Positions 27,008-39,140 of a DNA stretch of 64,000 nt are shown here, piece by piece. Made by a program: the position numbers and the translations under genes. Source of the stretch: Fimbriosthenelais zetlandica (lineage: Eukaryota); NCBI GenBank assembly GCA_977030845.1, contig OZ365113.1, forward strand, positions 14,384,001 through 14,448,000. The letters run 5' to 3'. The notes under the pieces were generated by a model. The model was not told the origin of the DNA, searched no databases, and was given only the letters and a program-made list of their open reading frames with translations. Numbering within the stretch: position 1 is the stretch's first letter; each line of letters opens with the position of its first letter.

Positions 27008-30000
27008 ATGTAACGATCACATTATGATAACAATAACCAACATCCCCATTATCTGAAGGCGGAGAAAACAGGATGCTGGTCAGATGGATTACACAACCCA
27101 ATGAGCTGAATTAACTGAGTAACATGTTTATTCAGTGATTTTAACAGAACGTGATGTTAACATAATTATATATAATCACCAAAACCAATGATAAATCTGT
27201 GTCCACTGAACTTCTTTCTACAAAGTGTAAGACTTACTAAACGTGGAACTAATGGCACTGCTTATCTGGACTTGTGGTCACGTGTACATTACCATTCTGG
27301 ATCAATTTTGAGAAACACAAGTTTCGATTAACTTATATGTAGAATCAATTCATTTGTAGAGATAAGAAGTTTCTGACACAATGTTAGTCGATGAAAATAC
27401 AATGAAACAGTAAGGGAAATCCAGTATTAATGAATTCTATCACGAAACCCATATTCTCTGACATGTCGGTGAAATACAGACTGTATTTGGCGTGTTCTAA
27501 GTTACAAGTGATGGTGAGACAAATCTCAACTATAAGCGATCACAAGACGTTATACATACATCGCTTCATTATCACGTACCAACTATGACCGTAAATACAG
27601 ATACTTTACAACTGCTGAAGTACTTCAATAATTACCTGGCCTTAAGTACAAAAGGACCTTCAACATGCACTGTAAATGGCACTTCAATAATTGCCAATAA
27701 ATTCAATAAGTGCATCATAGAGTTCATTTCGGTTTCAGGTTATCACTTCTGAGAAAGCTACAGACAAAGCTATGACAGAATTTTTTCTCATTTGTTGTGA
27801 GGATAAACTTCCGCGCAAAAGTCATCAAATTTTGTGGAGATTATAATTTTTTGTCAATACATGAAGGACCTTATTTTTTTTGCAATTTCCCCATGGATCG
27901 GGATCGAAATGAAGTAGGCATATATATACGTTTCAACATTTGTAGATCACAAACAAGTTTTTCCCTCAAAACCTTGCATGACTAACCTATCTACTCTTAG
28001 TTAAAGGGATATGAAACACTTGCATTAGGAAGGGTTTATATGTAGCCTGATATCAGAACTGTACTTTCTTAAAATTTGCTGCTGGGGGAAATCATCATAT
28101 TTAGGAATATTTAAATTCATGTTCTGATGCATCAAATGGCTATGACTTTAGATGAAATGAAGTATCTTTATTTCATGAATAACTTTATACCTATGTTTCA
28201 TATCCCTTTAAGAAGATGTCAATGTAATTTGCACCCATTAAACAAACTTTCTATTCAACATTACTAATTTGAGCATACTCTAACACAGACTCCTAGTTCT
28301 ATGACTGACTATACATTATAAAGTTGATGAACTGTGTATATAATGTTGGTGCTAATACGATAGATGAGTATAACCAATCCGTACCATCCTAGTATTCATG
28401 GATTCCAAGATTGGAGAATCCATCCAATCATCAAAATGCTGTAAGCTTATACCACAATCAAAGAAAATGTAATTCCTTCTTCCCATTAAAAACCCCCATT
28501 ACAAACAGTTAATAATTAGTTACAAAGCCAAGAACATTAGGATTGTGGCATAGATTACATCATTATTTTCTTCAATTTATGTACATGTACCTTTTCTTAC
28601 CACAGACCCGTTCACAACAGTCATCAATATTTTTTGCAGGATAAATTTCACAGATAAAAAGACAGGATTGTGTAAGTCAAATATCCACAAGATATGACCT
28701 CATAAAAAGGTTGCGGTAAAAACATGTTGGTCCCATTAAATTTATCAATGTGTAGTATTTGTATATATGTGCTATAAATATTCATACATGTATATATCAC
28801 ACCCAAATTGATCACTGGATAAAGTCCCTGTAATACTTCAATTAACTTCCATACAATGAGTTAAATTGTAATAACCATGGAAAAGGGGATACATTGAACT
28901 CACAGTTGTGGCATAACTGAACTTTGTCAGCAAAACTGTAACTATATACCGGTACAAGAATGATGTGCTTACCATCAGAATGGAATGTTTGCTGCACTGT
29001 TCGGTGGTATCAATACATTTTGAAGAACTCAAAATGAACAGATTACTGTCCATAGAGTAAAAGAAGCTTTCAACTCTGATGCTCTATCACTGCTAAAATT
29101 AGTAATGAACATTAAATATAGTATTAAGTGAGTGGACCGCTAGTTACACGGCTCAAATTACGTCAGTCACGATTTTACTCTTTAATTCACAATTAACACA
29201 GAATAGTTCTAAATTACCTACATTTTGTAAACTGTGCATAATTCAATTACTTGCTATTGGGCGTAGACATTTGATAGAATTTTCTAATAAATTTTACCTA
29301 TCATATTTCATATTCGTGACAATTTCTTCTGTTTCAACATCCAAGTACTTGATTCTAAGTAAGTAGTAGTAGTTTCCTTAAACTATCTAGTAACCTAATC
29401 TATCATCATCTAAAATTAGAGAACCAGTCTCACTAGATTGTTTGTCTGATCATCGATATGCTTTTCTCCAGAAGTTTCTTCACTTCTCAATAAGTTTCGA
29501 TATGTCTAAGCTAAAAGATTTCATTTTTCAGCCATCAATCAATGTCCGGAAAAAGAATCGATCTATAGTTTGCACTTCCATGATATTGAAACAGTGCAAT
29601 GTATTTTATCTCCAAGTATTCCCTGATATGGAATTATATTTAACTGCTTAACAACTTGGAGAAGAAGAACTCTTGTCTTGCCTCTTATCATTCAGTACCT
29701 TCTTCCGCATCGTTATCTATGGGGAGCTATACATGCGTGGAACCAAAAACTGTGGAGAGCAAATAAAGCAAAATTCGTCTCACACACAGAGGCCGGACAT
29801 TAAACAAAAGATAAACCCGACCAAATAACGACCACCTGAGTAGATTCACCCCCATATACTTATCTTCATCCCGTGGGAACATGATATATATCGACTTTCA
29901 TGCACATTGATGCAAAGATTCTGGCACATACTTCAGATCAAATGCAAGTCAAGAAGAGTTATTGCCAACAATTGCTGAAAGCACATGAGTGACAATTGTT

Positions 30001-31235
30001 ATTGCCCATCAAATAAACGACTATTCCTCTCAATCGGAACAATATTTCCCGGTAATGCACAGTTCATAACACGGGAATAAATCACATCACAACCGTATAT
30101 ATACCGACAGCAAACAAATCTGGGAGCCATGTATGATCTTGGGCCTTTCTTCGCGTCAGCTAAATATAATCTAGGCAGGGGGGAAATACTTGGCATTAAC
30201 CTATGAATCCATGTAACATTCTTCTATATATGGCACTTACTATGAATAGTATATATGTAAACACACTGGAAACGTAGTATAAATTTCTAAACAAATTTCT
30301 CTCCACAACCAGAGAATGTAATCACAAATAAATATATGTATAATAAATAATTCAAAACTTTCTCCTAACTACCAACATATAAATCAACAATTAATGAACC
30401 AGGAAGGCATTTTACATGTATCACCAACTAAACAAGTATCTAAACCACCTTCAGAGTTTAATACTATAATAACCATCAGAATTCTGGGATCTTGAGTAAA
30501 AAGCGAGCTCCTAAATAAAATTGAAGAAATATCGAGCACGTTTTTACAAGATCCAGTGGAATGAAAGGAGCATAATTTTCAGTAATGGAAAACTATTGAG
30601 GGTCCATATAAATGGGGAAAAGCATATTTGTGTAATTATCCCTCATTCGTTTCTACATATTATTCATAGAAGGCAACGTCATGAAATAATAGGTTCAGGT
30701 ATAGGCAATAACAGTGAAAAGTAATGACTAGGTACTGCATTGAGGAAGTGCAACAACCAATGAATATGGAAGCATGGCAATGCGTAGAGCAAGCCAGGAT
30801 TCAGATAATTCATTACGACAAATGGGGATTATAATTAAATGGAGATTAACAAGTGAACCTACAGTCACCATCTACCTATCTCTGTGACATAGGATAATAT
30901 CAAATACCGACAATATCAAATTTAAATCAACTGTTTTTGTGAAAGAGAAACATGTGTTCTCATCTAATGTGTGGATAAATTGCCTCCTCCTCTCACGGAT
31001 AAGTTCTCAAAGATGAGAATACTCAAAGGAGGATCTTCCATTCAAAGAAGATTTCCACTTTTAAAATCAAGCCAAGACAATAACGACTTTGTACACAGGA
31101 ATATCGGGGGTACTTGTTCAAGTTACGACATGAAATATTAACATTTTCCATGCATGGTTAAGACCACATTAAATTCACATTTCATCTTGGTCGTGGTCAG
31201 TTACGATGTATTGACGATATGTTGAGTGACCTGTT

Positions 31236-33880
31236 TCAATAATCAGCTCCTAACAGTCTTTTCTTCACACAGGTCAGATGTTTCATGGTGTGTTCCAGTT
31301 TCTCGACACTCTGAGCAGAGATCCCTCCACACAGAGACACATCCAGGGTTTTCAGGTGAGGAGCATGCGCGGCCAGAGCTTCCATACTTGTGTCGGTGAT
31401 GGCATCGCAGTTTGATATGTTGAGGAAGCGGAGTCTGCGGAGGCGGAGGATGATAAAGATGAGGCCCTCGTCCGTGATGCGGCGACACTGGCTCAGATTG
31501 AGGATCTCTATAGTTGGAGCATTGCTTCCTATGGCGATCAGCGCAGCGTCCGTTATGCCTGAACACATGTTAAGGTGCAGCTCCTGGAGCTCATTGAACC
31601 TGACGGCATCGCGAATGCTGGCATCGGTGATCTGCGGCATCGCAGAGAGATCAAGAACGCGAAGGAATCGCAGGTTAGAGATGGGATAAATAGAGCCAGC
31701 TTGATGGGCGTGGTTGGATTTGAGAACCTCAACATGCTCTTCACTCAGCTCTGCTGGAGGCTTGTCAGGAAGCAGAGAGGCGAGGTCACCAAAGATTTTA
31801 GATGGTTGACGTCTCACCGGCGGGGGGTTGGAGTCGTGTGGGGTGTGGCGCTCAGTGCCAGCATCAGGGTTAGGCACACCAAGGAGGGCAAAATCTGTGA
31901 CTTCTTTACACCACGAGAGACGCAGGAATCTAAGATGACCAAGGTACTTACATATGTAATTGACACTCATGTCACGGACTCCAAAACATGAACCAATATC
32001 AAGATGAAGCAAACCAGGAGTGGATTTGCATAGTTCAGTAATAAACGAGTCCTTCACACCACTACAACAGTTGAGGTTGAGATGGGTGAGGGAACAGGTG
32101 GCTGGACCTTGACAAAGACCTCGAACCAATCCAGGCGATGTGAGACTGTAGCAAGAAGATAAATTGACCTCTTTCAAAAACCTCATGTTAGCCAGTCTGC
32201 TAACAGCATTATCTGTGATCTGACGACACTTGCTAAAACTCAGCATCTTCAGGTTTGGTAGCCGTGCTGTAATAACATGGAGAGAAGCGTCTCCCAGGTC
32301 CACACATTGAGCAATACTGATCCTCTTCAGAGAGGTTTGATTCTTACACAGCTTGGCAATGCCTTCGTCTGAGATTTCCCTGCAGGAATCCAGATAGATC
32401 TCTTCAAGTTCTAAATCCGGCATATTGGCAAGGCTTTCCAGTCCACTGTCGTTGATACGAGTGTGACCAAAATCAAGGACTTTAATCTTTCTTGCGTTGG
32501 AATGAATATACTTGGCGATATTTTTGAAGGTCAAGACAGCGGTATTGTTACAGGCCATATCTTCTGGTTCCCCTGAGTAGACTCGGGTATGGACCATGAT
32601 CTGACATCCAGACAATGAAAGCTTCCTTAGATTAGGCGCGATAAGCATGAACCTATTGAAGGTGGAATCAGCGAGATAACGGATGGAAGACAAGTTGATT
32701 TCCTTCAGTGTCCCCAGCTTGGCTCTGAGCAGGTCCACGTCCTGTTGTTTGGAGAGCAGCACTCCAGCCATAAATAGGCTATTGCAGCAACTGAGATCAA
32801 GACTTTCAAGGCTGTCACATTGAGAGAGAAGAGTGATCAGCATGGCTTCTGATATGTCAGTTCCCCTCACTGACAAACTTTGCAAGCCTTCACACATTGC
32901 CTGACAGTTGCCTAATATGAGATTCTCTGCTTCGATGTTCTCCAGTACAAGATGAGGATTTCTCCTTTCCACAACTTTCTGCACGGGCTCGGATGATGAT
33001 GCCTTTGGTATAAGGAAGACTACATCTTGGAGGAGGGCAGGAGCGCGCGATGCTTCATACCAGGTACGGTTGACCAGCGCTGCATCCTTCCTATCTGACA
33101 CACTCAGGTATTTGAGTATGTGTGCCACTACCTAAAGTTTAATAAAATACAACAGTTTATTTTAATAAGTACCGGTATATCGACAATACCTTATATATGA
33201 CAATGAAAATATGACAATGAAAATGGTTTATTTGACACACAGTGTACAGTTTATATCGGCACCTTGTTGATTATTATTAACCTTGTTAATTATTCAATGC
33301 CTACCTTTTATATTAATTTATTTCGTACAATTTTCTTAAGAAGTTACAAATCTTTCTGGTGGCCTTCTATCTTCACTTTTACAGCTTGGTTTTACCGTAC
33401 ATTCTGTCAGAATGCAGTCTTAGTTTAAGTTTTTCTGGTCTTTCCTTAACAGTTTTCACAAACACAGAATATTCCTTGTTATATTGTTTGTTGCAATATT
33501 AGGAAGTGACAAACGATGTCCTACATGTATGTTACAATATAGAGAATAGGTTCTAGATAGAATTCAAGCGTTATTGATTTAATTGGCGCCCATCACCACG
33601 TCTTATGACTATGACTGTAGTGTAGGCCCTACACCTCGTGACCCGTCGGCCGTCTACGCCGCTACGGCCTTGCTGGGCTTGGCCGGGCCCTCACAATAAT
33701 GCATTTTTCAGGTTCTGTAGTTCATACAATCGTTAATTGAACTAATTTTCAACAATACAAAGTAAATGAGGGCGAGTGTTTTCTAAACAAATGGATTTCG
33801 CAATGTTGACGATCATTCTAGAAGATTTAATCTAAAAAATTTATAATTATTCTCACCTCCGCTGGCAGCCTGTCCGCCAT
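31236..33880 (-). CDS. LRRC29: F-box/leucine-rich-repeat protein, LRRC29/FBXL9-like, 639 aa, 2 coding exons
   Basis: Exon 1 33880-33857 (MADRLPAE, donor GTGAGA) joins exon 2 33131-31236, giving the F-box LPAEVVAHILKYLSVSDRKDAALVNRTW. Many cysteine-containing LRRs follow (LxLxxCxxITDxxL). FBXL class is secure; the specific LRRC29 assignment is from remembered similarity only. Confidence 0.85.
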
Positions 33881-34110
33881 GATGGTTGTTTATGTATCGA
33901 CTTCGAGGTCAAGGTCATCTGACATAATTCTTATGGAAACAGATTAATAGGAATAATTATATCTTTATGACCATTGCCATTAACAAATATATTATGTTTC
34001 TTTAATTATGGTAACATTATCAAACACAATAGAGCTTAATCTGCCGTGTTTTCTGTCCGAAGCAGGAACGCGAAAATTATTTACTGCGGGACAGTTGTAC
34101 AAAGGGCAAG
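33881..34110. promoter_or_regulatory. Very compact bidirectional promoter/5' UTR region between the F-box/LRR gene and LONP2
   Basis: Only 230 bp separate the divergent ATGs. Perfect AGGTCAAGGTCA at 33906-33917. A YY1-like AAGATGGCG overlaps the LONP2 start (34108-34116). Confidence 0.75.
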
Positions 34111-37100
34111 ATGGCGACGTACATCTCTATTCCGCGACGACTCCCGATACTTTTGGCCGAAAATGTCATCTTACCAGGATCTTCCATTCGTATTTCTGTG
34201 AGAACTATGCGCAAGTAGGTATTTTGATGTATATTCTTTAAACTGGGGTTCGTGCTAATCGAAAAATCGTGTTGTTTTCATACGACACGTGCCGTTATCC
34301 TGTTTGGGATGATGCCACTGATGGGCGGGGCAATGGCCAATGCAAAGGCAGGACTGACTGTAGAATGCTTAATGCGGGAATAACACTTACAGTCTATTTA
34401 AGTTAACTGATCCTTTATCAAATATCTTACTTACATTTACAGTTTGAACTTGGTAAAGTCTCGTCTACTTGGAAAGAATACTCTCAGCAGTACGATCATT
34501 GGTGTCGTCCCCAAGGAATCTAACGACGAGGTTAGTATTGACTATTGTCAGTATTTTGTTTGACTATTGTGTTTTAGACAGTCGATGAGGTAACACGACT
34601 GAGCCATCAGCATTTCAACATTATTCAGATTAACCTTTATTTAAAAGAATATAGTTATACTTAAAGTGTAGTTGGAGTGTATGTAGATAAGATAACGCGA
34701 AAATGACTGTCAGGGTAATTTCTTATCTCACAGAATGATGACATGTCTTCAGCTCATGTGATTGGTACAGCAGCTGTAGTTGTTCAAGTGACGGGAACAA
34801 ATTGGCCGAGACCTGCTTATACTTTGCTGGTGACTGGTCTATGTAGGTTTAAAATAGATGCACTTCTACAAGAAAGTCCATACCCCGTAGCCAGAGTAAC
34901 TCAACTGGACAAGCTTTCAGATGATGAAGGTACAATGTATACTCAATATGTCATATTTAATATAAAAATTAATAAAGGGTCTAAGATGTAAGGTAATATA
35001 AAAGTAATGGTACCAAATAAGCCATGGTGTGGAGTACCGGTTTAAATAACTATATTCATTACAGCAGTGACCGCCTACTAAGCCTTTGGCAAGTTGTGGA
35101 TAAAATCGGTCTTTTAAATCCATCGTTTACAGATGACGAACTCAAGACTAATTCGGAGTTGGCAGACATCGCTGAAAATTTTAGAGAACAGGCGTCTAAA
35201 CTCGTCGATATGTTAGACATCTCCATCCCTGTAGTAGCCAAGCTCAGGGTTTGTATAACAATTTCTACAGCACTTAATTATTAAATTTATCCTGCATTCA
35301 GTTGAATTATATAAGGTTCAATGAATTGTAGTATTATAGGATAATAATATTACCGGTATGTACTTATTGATATTGAGAGTTCCACATTAACAGTAATCCC
35401 TATAATCATTTTCTTCTTCCTTCCTGCTTCAGAAAATGTTGGACAATGTACCCAGCCATCATTTGCCAGATCTGTGTACCTCTATCGTTAAAGCCTCTTA
35501 CTCCGAGAAGCTTCAGGTGCTGGATGCAGTAGACCTCCGTGAACGCTTTCAGAAAACATTGCCTCTCCTCATGAGGCAGATCGAGGTGAAATATTCCCTT
35601 AAATTTCTCATTGACATTCTAAATATTAATAACCAAGAATGTTAGCTTTGATTATAACCTCATGTTTAATCTTCATTTGTATTTGATTATCAGGCCCTAA
35701 AACTGTTGAACAGAACCAAGAAGACCACTTTGGAAATTGTCTCGAGGAACCCTAATCGCCCACGACCAGCCAACCTCAAAGTTTTCAGGAATTTTTCGGA
35801 AGATGATGACGAAGATACAGACGAGATGGAGGAATTGAGAAGCAAAATTAAGTAAGTTATTTCTCTGTATCTAATCTAGATTATATTATAATTTATATTT
35901 TCAATTTAATGAATATACGCAAATTTATTTCCTCACTTCATTATCTCTTGTAGGACCGCTCAATTACCAGACCATGCTCATAAAGCTGCCATGAAGGAAT
36001 GGAAACGTCTGAAGAAAATGCCAGCTCAAATGCCGGAGCATGCCATGATCAGAAGTTACCTGGAACTCATGGTGGAACTACCATGGTCTAAATCCTCTAA
36101 AGATGCTTTGGACATCGCACGTGCCAGGTAAAATAAAATACGCAAAGTCACTTATTACGTTGCACAATTATATAAGACAGCCATGTGACAGGAGTTTGAC
36201 CCATTCACTTAAAAATGTAATAGTAACTAGGTCTATCTAATATACATTCATTTTGCTTATTTCAGGATAGATCTTGATGAAGATCATTATGGATTAGACA
36301 GAGTGAAGAAGCGTATTATAGAATATTTAGCAGTCCGACAACTGAAGAACTCCCTGAAGGGACCCATTCTCTGTTTTGTGGGGCCTCCTGGTGTTGGAAA
36401 AACGTCGATCGGGCGGTCAATAGCACATACCTTGGGGAGAGAGTTCCACAGGTAGATGCACTGAAATTATAGTGGCGAGAAAAATATAGGTTTTAATTTA
36501 ACTTTACATTTATTCGTTACAAGATTAAATAACAACCTGAAGATATAATATATGTTATTGTGTGATTTCAGGATTGCGTTGGGTGGTGTATGTGATCAGT
36601 CAGACATCCGCGGCCACAGACGGACCTATATAGGATCAATGCCTGGACGAATCATTCAAGGCTTGAAGCTTGTGGGGGTCAACAACCCTGTCTTCTTACT
36701 TGATGAGATTGACAAACTTGTGAGTATGTTCTTCATTGTAATATTTACTTTTTGGAATCTATTTTTATTTCCCAGTCCTGAGGTGAAAGGATATGCCCCA
36801 GAGAGCATAGGGTCAGCTTTTAAACATTTTTGTACATGTTTTGTTTTATGTAGACCGCCAGCCTTCATGGAGATCCAGCTGCTGCTCTTCTGGAGGTTCT
36901 TGATCCGGAGCAAAACAGTACCTTCACTGATCAGTATCCTTTATTATGAAAAGAGAATCTCAGTGGTAATAGATGTATTTTTAAAATTTATTTTTCTTAT
37001 GCAATTGTAAACCGTAGAGTATTATAAATCAGATGACAGATTTTTATCTTAAATTTCAAGAGAAAGGAACAAAATCAACCTTAACTCAGTGAGCTATCTG

Positions 37101-39140
37101 AACGTACCGTTTGACTTGTCTCAAGTCCTCTTCATCGCCACCGCTAACAGTATGTCCACCATACCTCCAGCCTTACTGGACCGTATGGAGCTGATCACTG
37201 TACCTGGCTATACGCAGGAGGAGAAGATAGCTATAGGTCAGAGACATCTCATCCCTAAACAGCTGCGTGAACATGGCCTCACCTCTCAACAACTCATTAT
37301 ACCAGAGGACTCAGTCAAAGTCATCGGTGAGTGCTATTACAGTCTGTCCAAAGTAAGTTGATCCGAAACTACAGTACAAATGTATGGTCGTTTAGGATCA
37401 ACTTAGTTTGAACAGACTGTACGTATAAATGCTGTTTCATAAACTTTACAGTGCCATATTTTATTTTAAAAATCAGAAACATTTTCCCGATACATGTAAA
37501 TAAAAAGTATGGTATATTGAGTAAAATAATATTACCAATGGCCTATATATTCTCTTTTTCAAAGACCGTAGATTTACAGCAGTAAACCACCAGTAAATTT
37601 GTATATAAAAGCTTTATTTTTTTGACCAACAGCATCAAAGTACTCCCGGGAAGCGGGTGTACGGGCCTTAGAGAGGAAGATAGGAGCTGTGTGTCGGGCT
37701 GTGGCTGTGAGAGTAGCTGAAAATATCGTGGATGATAAAGCCAGTAAAGCAGTCCCAGATAAAGCTCCTGATAACAGCAAGATGGCGCTGCCTCCCGACT
37801 ACCCGATTGTCATTGACGAGACTGCTGTGGAAGATATTCTTGGGGTTAGTTTTTCTTCAGTTGCTCAATTCTGAATCATTTTGTGATCTTATATTTCATG
37901 ATACAAATTTGGTAAATCATTGTTAAGATATTCTCTTGCACACTTTATTCAAATATCTTATAAGAAAATGTGTTTGCCTACCATTATTTCTACTTCATTT
38001 ATAAAATGATATTTTATATTTCCATGAAAATTTCTAGCCCCCTCAGTATGAGAGTGAGGTCTCTATGAGGCTGTCACAGCCAGGCGTGGCTGTGGGGCTG
38101 GCGTGGACGGCCATGGGTGGAGAGATCATGTATGTAGAGGCGAGCAGGATGGAGGGGGAGGGTAAACTTACCCTCACTGGTCAGCTAGGTGATGTGATGA
38201 AAGAATCAGCCAACCTGGCGCTCAACTGGGTCCGCAGCCATGCTGACCAGGTAGGTTAGACCAACTAAAGTTAAAACCTCTCAAGTCAAGTGTATATAAG
38301 TGTAAAGAATACCATGTAATAATTTACCACAATAGTATATATTTTCAATAAACAAAATAGATATTTTCCCCTTAAATTATAAGGTTTTCCCTAAGAAAAA
38401 TTTGTGATGTGTCTCTGTGTTTTACAGTTGGGTCTCAGTAAGAAGTCGGCTTTGCTGGGTGAGACGGACATTCACATTCACTTCCCGGCCGGGGCTGTAG
38501 GTAAGGACGGACCTTCTGCCGGTGTTACCATAGTCACTGTTCTAGTCTCGCTCTTCACCGGACGTTGTGTGAGATCTGACACGGCCATGACGGGCGAGGT
38601 TACACTGAGAGGACTCGTCCTCCCTGTAAGTCAATTACCAGTTTAATGACTACTTAAATCATTAAAACATGTATGAATGAAATATTTTTTCTGGACTCGA
38701 AATGGTTGAATTAGATTGAGAATGCCAATAAATATCGATGAGAAAACCCTCGTGTAAATTGGTTAAATATTTAGTACATTTTAATGACTAATTTTAATTT
38801 TTTTAGGTTGGAGGTATAAAGGAGAAGGTGCTCGCTGCACACCGTGCTGGAATCACTAGAATTATTTTGCCAAAACGGAATGAGAAAGATCTCCATGAAG
38901 TCTCAAAAAATGTTCAGGTATGCCTTCCTATCAATCACCTTATTTCTGTTACATCTAATTTAGAAGAAAATGCAATTGCTGACTTCGTAATAGATATTAT
39001 ACTGAACATTAAGTTATGTTTCCTTGCAGGCTAATCTGACCTTCGTCTTTGCCAACTGTCTGGAAGATGTTCTCGAAGCTGCCTTTGATGATGACTTCCC
39101 CGAACTATCCTCCCCTCCACCCATCCAAAGCAAACTATGA
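34111..39140 (+). CDS. LONP2: Peroxisomal Lon protease homolog 2, 16 exons, 826 aa
   Basis: Exons 34111-34214, 34443-34530, 34734-34929, 35133-35248, 35433-35585, 35694-35851, 35954-36127, 36266-36451, 36572-36719, 36854-36933, 37094-37326, 37633-37844, 38038-38250, 38428-38625, 38807-38917, 39030-39140 join in frame. Walker A GPPGVGKT, Walker B LLDEIDK, catalytic Ser in KDGPSAG and Lys in GGIKEK. C-terminal PTS1 signal SKL-stop. Confidence 0.98.
36934..37093 (+). other. U12-type (minor spliceosome) GT-AG intron, LONP2 intron 10
   Basis: 5' splice site GTATCCTTT at 36934-36942. Branch-point CCTTAAC at 37079-37085. No polypyrimidine tract. The acceptor GAG ending at 37093 restores [14 protein letters not shown]. 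Confidence 0.88.

Noticed and set aside
31243-31991. Plus-strand ORFs antisense to the F-box/LRR gene
   Set aside because: By-product of GC-rich codon usage in this part of the exon.
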